Assembly: GCA_900617105.1 (NCBI GenBank)
Contig: UYFQ01000013.1
Coordinates: 62,001 to 99,161 of the forward strand
DNA from: Hydrurus foetidus
Taxonomy: Eukaryota
Direction: 5' to 3'
Length of the DNA stretch: 37,161 bases
Shown one piece after another: positions 1-19,582 of the stretch (positions are counted from its first letter, which is position 1; each line of letters begins with the position of its first letter). The notes below the pieces were generated by a model that did no database searches, was not told the origin of the DNA, and saw only the letters and a list, made by a program, of their open reading frames with translations. The position numbers and the translations under genes are program-made.

Positions 1-2
1 AA

Positions 3-149
3 GTAGTGAAGCATGTTACAGAAAATGATTTCCCAGCCTCACTTCAGCATTTCATGTCCGATATTGCGCCAAGTTGTGGCTTGAATTGTGATCTTTTATG
101 GAGCGATACGGCGGATTTCGAGAAATTATTAAAATTGACAGTTATTTGA
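3..149 (+). CDS. Possible C-terminal end of an upstream + strand gene (partial)
   Basis: Frame is open from the window edge (VVKHVTENDFPASLQHFMSDIAPSCGLNCDLLWSDTADFEKLLKLTVI) to TGA at 147-149. No recognisable motif; only 48 codons, so it may be chance. Confidence 0.25.
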   Translation, partial: VVKHVTENDFPASLQHFMSDIAPSCGLNCDLLWSDTADFEKLLKLTVI

Positions 150-1484
150 TCTTCAAACATCGAAGACTACCATATCTTCCAAACTACGGCACAGTCACTA
201 AACGGTATGAATTGAGAGTCACTGTAGTATATGGTATGAGGTGAACAAGAGTCTCACAAGAGGAGAAGGGTTACGAGGGAATTTAATAGGACTTTCTGAT
301 TTATTGATCTTGGTTAACTGATCTGAACTGCCCACGTGTAGTGTCAGAAAAACAAATCTTGAATCTTAGATTCACAGAGTTAGAATTCAAATCGCTGATG
401 AACTTAAAACTAAACTAATGATAATCTATCTCGACATAATTACCTCAACCAGTATGTGTGCATGTGTTTTGTAGTCAATACCATACCATCCGATCTTGTT
501 GCATTACATCACTCATTTCACTGTCTCCGTAATAACTAATATTCCTCGCATCATATATTAACTAACAAGATAACAAGAAAGATTTTTCGAACACAGCGAC
601 ATCTCTTTAAATTCTGTGATTTTGATTAAATTATTGTGATCTCAAATGTAGAGGTGTACGGACACTATGACAATGGATCTATTATTGTCGTTCATTCATC
701 GAGTTAATTCGAATGGCCTTGACAAACGACAAGGTGTAATGATATAGAAATCTTAAACAGCTGAAGTAAAACACAGGTGAATTAAAATTTAAGAACTCGA
801 ACTCTTCTTGCCCTTGACTCATATTTTGGTTAGTCTAAAGTCTAAAGTTATTTTTTAAAATCGAAAAAGCTTTCACCATCATGACAAGTTAACCGTATGC
901 AGCCAAAAACGAGAAGACTGAATACTGCTAGAAACGGTAGTAGCGGGGAAAGGTGCGGTTGTAGGTGCGACGAGAAGATGAGAGAAGGGTGATGTAGCGA
1001 AAACAACAGAGATGTTTGTAAGAGGATGAGAAATGGCGGAAATGCTCTGAAGGGTTTTAGATTTTAGATTTTGGGGGGCGAGTAAGTTCGTAATATCTTT
1101 TGTCCATCTATTTTTAATCTTCGTTCTCCTCCCTTGCTCCTTCTACTCATCCCATCTCCCTTTTTTTTGTTTCAACTTCGTCTTTTCTAAGATCAGCAGA
1201 GTTCATAGTTAAAGAGGGAGAGGAAGAGGAAGAGGGAGAGGGAAGTAAAGGGGGAGGGGATGATTTGATTTTAGACACGAGTAGCTTCGTCATCGTCTAA
1301 CGATCCACCTACTCCCCCACTCCCTATCACTCAACCATTCACACCACAGATGAAGAGTGCCACTGTAAACCGCCTCCTCTCCTCCCCTTCATTATTCTGA
1401 CTCTATCTTCATGTCTGTTTGTTCCTTCATCTCCACTTTCATTTTTAACCGTTTTACACCGCACCCACTAAAATATACAGTATA

Positions 1485-7994
<6,510 letters not shown>

Positions 7995-9458
7995 TTTTCA
8001 CTGTCCAGTTGGAATGTTTTTTCTCAGCCAAGTGAGTAATAAACCGAATGAATCATAATGTAGAGCCTTGACCCAGATCAAGGCCGCAGTAGGAATACAT
8101 CAAAGTAAAAATTTAGATAAATACAGAGAAGCAACTTGCAAGTCGAATTTTCCCTCCGTTTCGAAGCTGTGACCTCATCTAATTCCCAAGTTATGTTCCA
8201 ACAGAAATTGATTTAGTTACCAAATTTTCGCGGAGATATTTTTGTCGCCAGCCACAAGCAAAATATTTCATACGTTGACTGCGTTGTCTAGTTTACTTCT
8301 GATTTCTCTCATAAGATTGTGACCGATTGAAGCAGGGACTCAAGATGACAACGTTATCTATCGACTCAGTAGGTTTTGTTCTCAATAATTCAATCTGATG
8401 TGATTTGAGCGAGCGAGGGTTCTGGGTTCCTACAGGCTGAAGACACCAAGTACGGTAAAATTGAATTGGCGCCGAATCCCAATTCGACGCCTGAATCGTT
8501 TTTGACGTTCAATGGCTCAAAAGAACCGAAATGAAATTCCGCACACGACCATCTCGATGCATTTTTCGTTTTTTCGTTCTTCTAAAAAATTTGGTGAACT
8601 GAAATTTGACGGGATTTTTGTAAACGCGAAAAAAATTGGGGAAATACAGAACTCGAAAATGCATCGGCATCACACTGTAGACCACATCATACTGAAGCAC
8701 GTCATATCTTTAGATTCGTCAGAAGGACAACCATCATATTGGGATCGTGCTCGAGGATGTGATGCTTAGCCACCGCCTACAATCGATCATTTGAGTGCCC
8801 AAATCGAAAAGCTGAAATTTTAAGATGTTTTTTTACCTAAAAAAGGGGTTTAAGATATTTTTTTTCAAAACCGTATTTTACCTTTCTTGGTGTCATCAGC
8901 CCGTAGCAAGGTTCCGTTTTGTTTTGATTTTTGAAGGCCTTCAAAAGTGCGAAGAACATTCTGTACTCCTCAATTCAGCTTCTAATGTTAGCTTCGAATG
9001 TAAATACTTATATTTTACGGAGGGTCTGATAAAAGTGATACTGATTCCAGGAGCTTCAGGATAAGAAAAGAAAAAATAAGGGAGATGATAAGATTCATTC
9101 TTCGAATGGTAATAGTGTTTCATTTCACAATCAATAAAGGCTTTCTCCGACGTTGGCATGGTTGTCAGCTAGTACTATAAAAGTCAAACATCTAAGCAAG
9201 ACAAATGACGTGAAAAAGACGAAATTAACATACTGAATCTTTGCATCTATAAATTCGAGACAATGAAGAAAGATCAGTATGTTTGAGGAACAATAGTGTT
9301 TGCGCAAACGGAAATATCGGATTAAAACCCGAAGAAGGGTTCGGAGATTTGCCCCCTTGTATCTTCAGTCACATTTCTCACTCAAATTCGTCTTCGAGAT
9401 CTCGGTCATATCCGGGATATTTCCATATGCCTAAACACTCTATTCTTCATCTCCCACC

Positions 9459-9590
9459 GACTGACTGACTGACTGACTGACTGACTGACTGACTGACTGA
9501 CTGACTGACTGACTGACTGACTGACTGACTGACTGACTGACTGACTGACTGACTGACTGACTGACTGACTGACTGACTGACTGACTGACT
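9459..9590. repeat. (GACT)n microsatellite, 33 copies, abutting the kinesin stop codon (3' UTR)
   Basis: Perfect gact run; it overlaps the AG of the minus-strand TAG at 9589-9591. Confidence 0.97.
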
Positions 9591-12500
9591 ATCTCGCTGC
9601 TTTTCTTTTTAGCAATTCATCTTTTGCTTGATAAAATGCCATTATATCGTCATCTACATTTGGCACTGAACTTTTTATCTGCGAATTCAAATTCAATGAC
9701 TGAGAATTTGAGTTCAAATTTTGAGAGGATTTAGGGTTTGGAATTCCGTTTCTAATAGAATTAGAATTGTATTTATTCTCCCGGTTATTTATGTCATTAT
9801 TTAATGACCCTGTATTTTTTGATGAGTCACTAACACTAATACTTTCACTCGTATTACCTATTCTATTTTTTTCTCTGGAATGATTTTGCTGATTTCTTGT
9901 ATTTTCACTTATAGAATTATTTTGTGAGTGGTTTTTTCTTTCAGTATCATCATTTTTGGCGTGATAGTGATTCTTATCTGTTCTATTACCACTACTATTA
10001 TTGTTGTTATTATTGTTATCATTATAACTATTATTATTATTATTATTATTATTATTGTTATTATTATTGTTATTATTATTATTATTATAATTATCAGTGT
10101 TACTATTATTGTGATGATAATTACCTCTACTATTATGATAGTCGTTATTTTTACCATTATCCTCTACACCGTTATTACCCCCCGTCTCGGACCCCGACCC
10201 CGTTCCGTTGGTCCCTGAAAATGTCCCCACCATCCCCCCTCTGGAATGTAGAGTCTCGTACCATTGGTCGAACTGACTTTGCAAGACAGCCCTCACTTTG
10301 TCCAACATCTAGTACGATAGAGAATGGTGGGAATTATTATTGTATTGTGTGGACATTATGTACAGCCTGTCAATGTTATTTATGTTAAAATGCAATAGTA
10401 CTTTACTAGCAACATCATAATATGAATATGGATTCCAGTGATGAGTACCCCCAGACACATTCATCAATTTCATTGTCTCACTTTTCTGACGTGTTCTATT
10501 TCCGGCTTCAAAATCCGTAATCTTTCGAATCCTTCTTTATATACGGTTTTCTCCTGCTCGATAGCTCGTCTGAATGAAATAAATAAAAGCAGAAAAGAAA
10601 GTTAATTCCATTGCAATATCGTTACAGTTGAGGCAATAAGAAGAAAAAAACGAAATGTTAGCAAATTTATCACACTATTGGGGAATGATTTGACTCCATT
10701 TGTCTGGTACAGGAAAAATGAAAGAGAGCGGACGCAGAGAATTCATGGTGTTTGCGGGGTGGAGTGGAGTGGGTCCGTGAATTGCTTCGTTCTTCAGGAA
10801 GTGAGTGAGTGAGTGAGTGAGTGAGTGAGTGAGTGAGTGAGTGAGTAAGTGAGTGAGTGAGTGAGTGAGTGAGTGAGTGAGTGAGTGAGTGAGTGAGTGA
10901 GTGAGTGAGTGAGTGAGGAGTGAGTGAGTGAGGAGTGAGGGTGAGTGAGGAGTGAGTGGTGGAGTGAGTGATGAGGAGGAGTGAGGAGTGAGTGGAGGAG
11001 GAGGAGGGAGGAAAGGAGTGGAGGAGGAGTGGAGGAGGAGGAGTGGAGGAGTGGAGGAGGAGGGAGGAGGAGGAGGAGGAGGAATGGAGGAGTGGAGGAG
11101 TGAAGGACAATAGGAATAAAGGAAGTAAAGACAGTGGAAGTAAGAAGGCATACCAAGTACAGCACAGCACAGCACAGCACAGCACAGTACAGCACAGCAC
11201 AGTACAGCACAGCACAGCACAGCACAGCACAGCACAGTACAGCACAGTACAGCACAGCACAGCACAGCACAGCACAGCACAGCACAGCACAGCACAAAAC
11301 AGCACAGCACAGCACAAAACAGCACAGCACAGCACAAAACAGCACAGCACAGCACAAAACAGCACAGCACAGCACAGCAACAGCAATGTTAACAGCATCA
11401 TGTTAACAGCACAGCACAATGTTAACAGTACAGCACGAATGTACACAGCACAGCACAGCACAGCAACAGTACAGTACAGTACAGTACAGTACAGTACAGT
11501 ACAGTACAGTACAGTACAGTACAGTACAGTACAGTACAGTACAGTACAGTACAGTACAGTACAGTACAGTACAGTACAGTACAGTACAGTACAGTACAGT
11601 ACAGTACAGTACAGTACAGTACAGTACAGTACAGTACAGTACAGTACAGTACAGTACAGTACAGTACAGTACAGTACAGTACAGCACAGTAGAATATAAT
11701 ACGATACAGTACAGCACAGAATAGAACAGCACAATACAATACAGTACAGTAGATTAGTCCCTCACCTGTACGTTTGTTCCTCTGGAGACTCTTTGATTTC
11801 CTCCATCTCTTCGTCTTCTTGTGCTCCTTCAGTAGTGGATGACCGAGCAGGATGGATGTCGTCCATGCGCTGTAATGCACTGGTGGAAGAACGGTAAACA
11901 GAGGGGAGGGGGAGGAGGGGGGTGGAGGAGGGAGGGAGTGGGAGGAGATGGAGATATGAAGGAGGTGGGAAAAGGATGCTAGTGGAGGGAGAGAGAGGGA
12001 GGGACTTGGCAAGGGATAGAAGAGAGAATTTGAAAGTGTTAAAATTGGGACAATACAAAAATATGTGTCGGTAAAGATGGCAGAATAAATAGAAATGAAT
12101 AATGCCTTGAATTCTTGGTAACAGAAGATGTTCCATACAATATGAAACAGAACATATGTTGAATATCGACAGAGATATGAAGGGATGGTAAAGACATAGA
12201 GCAAGGTAGTTAAACACTGTAAAACTGAATAATATCAAAATAAAAATAAGAAGGTATTTTGTAAGTACTCAAATTTGTACGTACCGTTCTCTTCTGATCG
12301 CTTCAATGGAATTTTTCAAATAATTGATCGTTCCTCTGAGAATTATCAAATGTCGATGATAGTAAAAGATAGTACATTAAATTGTAAAGATTATATAAGC
12401 ACGCATTTCAAATGTTACAATCGAACAAATCAAACATTATAAAATCGAAATCATGCAATATCACTGTCTGATAAAAAATGACACAACTCCACAGAAAAGT

Positions 12501-12597
12501 GAACCCTAATAACTGAAAAGCACTCAAACATACTAAAAAATAATTGGAAAACGACAGATAAAAAAGATTGCAGCACCACCAATCTAATTAAAAGCAT

Positions 12598-12648
<51 letters not shown>

Positions 12649-15560
12649 AACAAACCTGCTTTGATTCACTCTTTCTCCTAGTGTTTTTGCCTCCACTATT
12701 TTGTTTTTCAGAAGTGTTCTGTTTTCTTCCATAGGAGCGTTGAGAGAAGAACGTTCTTTAAACCACTCAAAACTCGCTGGAACATTCGTTAGGATAAGAA
12801 AGATAGGATATTAGGGGTTAGGTGTTCTCATATGAATGTACGTACTAGACGGACATACGCGTCAATAGATGCCAATGTCGAGATGGAGAGATAGGAGGAA
12901 TAGGCGAAGATCAGAATAGGATATAAAATGGAAGTTCTCAGGGAATAATTTGTGCCGATCACGCCACAACAGGACAAGACATTCGAAAATAGAAGGAGGG
13001 TTGGTTGAATTGAAGCACTGTTGCAATCACTATTCAAGCTTGAACTCGTGTGCATCCTCGGACACTTTTTTATTCTGTTTCGATAATATTTGGACGTCAG
13101 TATGATTCGTACATTGAATAAATATAGTCAGAATAAATGGGTGTTGCGAATATGGGATACGTCCGCACAGACAATACTTATGTGCAAGTGCTTCTCAATG
13201 ACCTGCAGCGTCATCGAAAGTATTCTGATCGACAGGAGGGGGGACGCCGAATAAATGCCTGGAAAGAAAGAGGAAATTACGCAATGGCGGCACAAGATGA
13301 TGTCTGAAAATGATATCAAGGTGCAGTCGTATTATGTGCATTGGAACCACAGTAAATAGCTGTATGAGATTGCCTTGAAGCACACATAACACATATTGAG
13401 CTATGAATGCTGATTTCAGTGGTCATTTTCGTGTGAGAATTTAATCTGTGACTTGACTTTGACATGAGGAGGGGACAGTTTTGGTCTCAATTTTTGTCAC
13501 TTCCATTTTAACTTCGATTTTTATTTCATACCTCTGTAAGACTTTTTCTTCCCTCGCTTGATTTCTCTGGAGCTGTTGTTGTGCCTGGCTGGGCAACTGA
13601 GTAGAGTTAAACAGTGAATATTAGATGCTAAATATTGAGTATTATATGTTGAATATAAGGGAGGGTAGTGCCAGTGCAGTGTGTGTTAAGAATGATAGCA
13701 TTTAATCGTGTTGTGTAAAATTGCGTACCAGACGTACGTAAAAGCGTAATAGTAAATAGTGTATATTAAAATATCAATAAACACATTATGGAAAATTGTA
13801 ACTAGAAATTGATGAAAGGCGAGCAAAACGGGAAAAGATGAAATACTTGATCGATGAATGCTACGCAATCAATACAGTACAGTGCAGCGCAGTGCAGTGC
13901 AGTGCGGTGCGGTGCAGTGCAGTACTGTGCAGTGTAATACAATGTGCTGTCAAGAACTGCATTTCAAGTTCTAAAATTGAATTAAAATAATGATATTTCA
14001 AACCCACCGATTGCTTCGTATTGCTTTGACTGAATTTAGAGGACAGCTCTTCCTTTCTCTTATTGCCCATTTCTCTCTCCCTTTCTCTTTCTCTTTCCTT
14101 GTCCTTTTCTTTACCCACATCTCTTCCGTTGTCTGTCTCACCGCCTCTTACATTATTACTATTTCCTCCATTTCCTAATCTGTCATCTTCTTTTTCTTCA
14201 TTTCTGTAATTGCTCTTGTGGCTGTTAGATGTTATTTCAGATTCGGAATTAGTAGAACTAAATCCGTGCACATCATTTACGGTTTTTCCTTTTTTCACCA
14301 TACTTACTAAAATTGAAATTTCTGTATCTCTTTGAAAAAGTAATGATTTCAAGTCCCGAATTTGTTTTTCGTAATCATCTTTCGTATTTGAATTCATAGA
14401 GTTATCTTTATTTTTCTTCCCACCAGGACTATTTAATTCAGTGATATTACTGCTTTTATTTTTGTTCTCCGCTCTGCTTTCCAAGACGAAATTTTTAAAT
14501 ATTGCAAATGCGTCCTTTATTTTCGTCAAACTTAAAGTTCCTAAAATTAGGAATCATAATATTTCATGGATCAGAAATGCGCACGTTCGATTTGTAAGGT
14601 ATGAATATCAAGTTTGAAATGGTTGACTTAGATAGAGCTAATGTAATCAAAAAATTTACTGTAGTGATTCATAATGCATGAGTTATGAGAGCAAGAAAAA
14701 ACAAGATAGTAAAATGAAAGAATTACCCACTAAAAGAATAGTTCGGAAAATAAGATTGGAAACATTCCTCTTCGATCAATACGCATGAATTTTAAGTACA
14801 GATAAAATCGTGATAATAAATATTATATTCACATTAATCTCAAATGTACTAACTACAACGAGTTATACCGTGCATACCGATATTAAGCGGAACAAACGGG
14901 TCGGGGCTGTCGCAGTATAGCCTGCACTGCGAAGAGAGTTCGTCCAACATCTGTGGCGTGGGGGCTTCTCCTTCGCCAGCCTCGCCCTTCAGGGTGGGAT
15001 TGATAGAAAAGGAAGGGATTGATTAATAATCTTGAATTACACATCATATATACCACAAAACATTCTCGCGCACGTAAGTACGTACTTTCAGAAATCCGAT
15101 TTCTTCCCGTAGAGTGAGTATTTCTGCTTTCAGTCTACGTATGACGAGGGAGGGGTCGAGATCTTCGTTTATAGAGGCTTTGTTCTTTATGAGAGACACT
15201 CTCTGGGCAAATCTGTGAGTGAGTGAGTGAGTGAGTGAGTGAGTGAGTGAGTGTGAGTGAGTGAGTGTGTGAGTGAGTGAGTGAGTGAGTGAGTGTGTGA
15301 GTGAGTGAGTGAGTGAGTGAGTGAGTGAGTGAGTGATGTGAGTGAGTGAGTGAGTGAGTGATGGAGCGATGATGATGAGTGATGAAGTGATGCGTATGAG
15401 TGTGATGATGAGCGCGTGATGATGATGTGATGATGATGATGATGATGATGATGTGTGTGATGAGTGTGCGATGAGTGAGATGAGTGTGTGAGTGAGATGT
15501 GAGTGAGTGAGTGTGTGAGTGAGTGAGTGAGTGAGTGAGTGTGAGTGTGAGTGTGAGTGA

Positions 15561-15603
<43 letters not shown>

Positions 15604-18600
15604 GTGGAGGCGTGTTAGCGTATGTGTTTATCAATGTGACTGTGCAATACAATGCGTTCTGACTGAAGTGAAAAAGTCTTCACATATTCTCATCTTCTCA
15701 CAGGTGTTATACAGGAGTGCACTTGAGATAGCAAATTAAAACAGCATGAAAACATACATACAAACTAATCATTTAAATTCTTTTTCAACCATCAGATCAT
15801 TTTTTGTTTTATGTTCTGGATTCCTGGTAAAGGTCCAAGATCTCCGCAATAATGTAATACAAAATAAAACAGATAAGATACCTGCAAGTTGAGAGAGATT
15901 CTTCGGTTTGATTTCCTTCCGGGTTAATAGTTGCGATCATTATAGTCTTGCAATTGCCGCCTAAACTGTCTCTGGGAGATTAACAGAAATGAACATAATA
16001 TTAGACATGAAACACTTAATTGGTGAGACATGTCAAGTTACTTACATATGGCAGAAGATGGACAAATAATAAAAATATGATAAAAAAACTAAGTGGAAAA
16101 ACATTGAAGACTTACAGTAATCATAAACAAGGTGTGACAGTGACATGGGGTGCGGACAATAAAAATAAATAATCAACATAGGTTGAGAGTGACAGCTATA
16201 GAAGTCCTGAATTGAATCACTCTCATATAAACTCATTTCAAGCCTCATTTTATCCATGGTAAAAATAATCAACTTGAGAATTAACATACAAATCAAATCA
16301 ACAATTAACCAATTGATTGCAGAGTTTGAACATTAAACCGGAACTTGGATCTGATTTTGGAATTTACCTCAGCACTGACGTCATCATAGAATTTCTGTAC
16401 GGAATATGCGCTCTGCCTTTGGTAGCTTTTTCATACAGTGCAACAATCACCATTTCAAGAAAAAATAAAGAAGTGTTTATGTACTTCGCTTCAGTCAAAA
16501 CTGAACCGCTTGAGTTTGTTTTACCCACTCTTTCACTTCCTGCTAAGTCTACCAAATGTAATTTAGAACGCCTTATCATATCAGAACCTACAATGTGAAC
16601 AATACAACATGTAATATAATTAAATTTATTTCGATTTCTTTTTAAGTGTTGAATTTTATTTTATTTTGTTAATGATTTAGTGTTCTCACAGCAATGCATT
16701 GAGATTTTACAAGAAACTGTTTTTAGTGACACTCTGCTGTTCTTAGATTGGATCCATTAAACTACTCAGGCACATTTTGACTTCAACATAATCTAAATAA
16801 GCGCTTATAAAAATATTGATCAAAAAAACAAATAAATATGCAATTTTCTTCGCGCTTCTGAATAGAACGTTTTTGCAGACCCGATTATGCACTTCTCGCA
16901 CCACACACGGATTGAGGAGCGTGCAGTAACGGTGCATTTGAATTTGAGTGCACAAACGACAAGAAGTGCTGCGAAATGTGTGCGAAATCGGGTTGACAAA
17001 AACACTCGAATGATGTGATTTGCACTGCAACTCTCACAATTTATATCGGTTGGTATGGGAGGAGATCTCAGAAAAAAATTGATGATGAAATATTTTTCGT
17101 GTCTTTACTTACCTACTACCTTCCCTTCGATTGATATTGAAAATATGCAATGGGACCGAGATGATGCCTGCAGTGCAATTTTAGAGGAAAAAATGTTAAT
17201 CAACTTTAAATTAGGCCGTATAGAAATGAAGTTCGATGATATATGAAAAGTTAGATTTTGATCGGTGATGATGAATGAAACAGAAGTGATAACAGTACTA
17301 AATAATGATAAGTATTAACATGAACATATGAAAATGAAACTCTCACCATAGATAAAATTCAAAAATAAAAGGTAATTTCGAGAGGAAAAATAAAAAAAAT
17401 CTACTAAAATTTCAATCAAAAAAATTGGCACACATTTTTATAGCTTAAGTAGGGCATTCATGCGTACCATGTTCATCGGTGTTTCTGCGATCGCTCTATT
17501 AGTGTCGCCCATGAAAAGCAGCTCTAAAGCTTCTTCTTCGTTATCAGCCGCGTGCATTGATAAATTTTTCAGATGAAAATTGCCTGATTTGTAGTGTATT
17601 TGGTGGTAGATATAGATTAATTTAGTACAGATATCTGTACTTGTTTTCTTATTTTGTTGTTTGATGTATTAATCGTTCGACTACTAGTATTGGAGTAAAA
17701 ATTAAGAGTCACACTGCAATCAAATATTAATTCAATTACATTACTTATTATATTCACACCACTTATTAGCACAATAAATAATACGACATATAAAAATCAA
17801 CATCAATAGAAAATTGCACTTTTAACAATAAAAGACAAGAAATCTACAGTGAAATAAAAGATATATCTGAAATCAACGATTACGAAAACACTAGTATCAT
17901 GACATGCTTCGTTCATTTCTCACCGTGTTCATCTTCTAGCATGGACACCTTAGGAAGGTCTTCGAGAGCTTTAGTCTCGTGAGAGGGATCAAGCAAATCA
18001 TACCCTGTCTCGTTGTACAGCTCAAGATACGATATGTAGAGTTTAAATTGCACGTCTGTTCTAGTACGTACTTCATTGAACAGCATGCTTAACGCACGGG
18101 GTATCAATCCACGGTCTGCATAACGTTCCGGGCCACCCTACATTTCACAGGAACAATTCGTAGGAACAATTAAGAGCAATAAAAATCTTACTAATGATAT
18201 CATAGCCACTAGGAATTGAGATAAGAATGGAAGAAGAGCGTTTATAATTGACGATGATCAATGGTTGTGTAGTCTAAACGATTCACTAATCGGGGATTGG
18301 AAGTTATCAGATCATCGTTCTCTCTCATAACTTGAAGGAGATTTTCTGTTGCTACAATCATTCATTTATTTTGTTTGCGTCTATGAAAACTGAAGTATGT
18401 GAGATAACAACTTCCGATAGGATAATGCACAGTAAATGCAGTTCTGCAGATTCCTACTGCATCGCCAGTCGCACTGGTATGAGATTTAAGTTATACAGAT
18501 GTACTTCTTATGTCGTGATGAATTGATATCCGCCAGTCTGTAGCTTGTCTTATACTGATACATATTTGAATACCTAATAAGTCATTCTCTTGACGTTGTG

Positions 18601-18945
18601 CTGGTAATGGCTTACCGTTAAAGTGAAGGTCTTGCCACTTCCCGTCTGCCCGTAGGCAAATATTGTGGAGTTGAATCCATCAATGGCATTCTGAACAGCA
18701 GCAACTCCAACTTTCTTGAAGACGTCTTCTTGTGTTGCTTTCATGTCAATTATACCATTAAAATGGAAATTGTGCCGCAGCTTCGAATTGTTCACGAAAT
18801 CCAACTTCAAGTTCTCAGGTAAGTTGAACTTTAGAGATTCCTCATCTTCTTCATCGAGACTGAAGAAACCGCTGGTCTTCTTTGATGGCCTGATCCGCAA
18901 AAAAGTCTGGATATTCGATTCAGCCTGCTTCTGCGCCTTCGACAT
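9589..18945 (-). CDS. KIF6: Kinesin-9 family motor, KIF6-like; 16 exons, 1002 aa
   Basis: Exons 18945-18616, 18137-17924, 17583-17468, 17167-17113, 16587-16368, 15971-15882, 15212-15086, 14986-14878, 14540-14008, 13596-13532, 13258-13203, 12776-12656, 12335-12285, 11879-11766, 10569-10482, 10308-9589 (3009 nt, all phases consistent). Motor motifs: [53 protein letters not shown]. The [23 protein letters not shown] and C-terminal [11 protein letters not shown] motifs fit the KIF6/kinesin-9 subfamily. Confidence 0.93.
10801..11100. repeat. (GAGT)n microsatellite grading into (GGA)n, kinesin intron 14
   Basis: gtga run to ~10915, then degenerate gagt/ggag. Confidence 0.93.
11157..11750. repeat. 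Compound (CAGCA)n plus (CAGTA)n pentanucleotide array, kinesin intron 14
   Basis: cagca at 11158-11465 with variants; perfect cagta at 11466-11683; degenerate tail. Confidence 0.95.
12601..12645. repeat. (AT)n microsatellite, kinesin intron 12
   Basis: Perfect atat run about 10 nt inside the donor site. Confidence 0.95.
13872..13940. repeat. Degenerate (GCAGT)n pentanucleotide repeat, kinesin intron 9
   Basis: gcagt/gcggt/acagt units. Confidence 0.85.
15215..15600. repeat. Compound (GAGT)n/(GAT)n/(GT)n array running up to the acceptor of kinesin exon 7
   Basis: The sense strand reads (CA)n...(CTCA)n CAG|ATTTGCC. Confidence 0.93.
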
Positions 18946-19582
18946 CTTATGCTATTTAACTCTCTATCAATTTGCTCCTCGATGATTATTTCGCGCCTCG
19001 AATCAGATCCAAATACCCGTGAGATACCCACTTTTGAGAAATCTTCATTACTGTGAAAACTGACGAGACACAGCGATACAAAATTTAGGGTTGAGGAAGT
19101 GCTGATATAGCTCTGAAAGAAGATCAAGAGATGCAGATGAGATGATGCCAGAAGACAGCGGGAAAGATCAACAACTGAAACCTCCCGCATGTACGTGAGA
19201 GACGCGTACGTGCATACGGAACGTGTGCGTAAAAATTAAAAATATTCGTTCCAACCTTCTCAAGAATTTTGGGCGCGTGTACTTTCACATTTCACACCCC
19301 ACACGGAACATACTGAGGGCAAATTCAAAACTCAACATAAAACTCCTGAAACTTTCAGAAATCGAAGTCGAGTATGAAATCCGAAGAACCCAACCCGAAG
19401 TCCAGAAGTGTTACTGTAACGACGTATCTCAGTTGAGTCTGTTCCATGTGTCATATCTGTAATTCAAGTTGATGATGATCACCCACATAATCAACGAGCG
19501 CAGCTAATCGCAGCGGACTGGGACAGAGCGACCGACTAGCAACGAAGAAGGCTAATCCTCGCCTGAAGGAGGAATCGACTTA
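18946..19582. promoter_or_regulatory. Divergent (head-to-head) promoter region between the kinesin and TAT genes
   Basis: 637 bp between two outward-facing ATGs. Inferred from position only. Confidence 0.55.

Noticed and set aside
10670..12204. Long overlapping ORFs (354, 260, 235 aa and others; CTVLY/QYSTV/HSLT repeats)
   Set aside because: Stop-free translations of intronic microsatellites. Only 11879-11766 is a real exon.
14987..14989. AAG acceptor in kinesin intron 7 as non-canonical splicing
   Set aside because: Still a GT-AG intron; AAG is uncommon but within the normal range.
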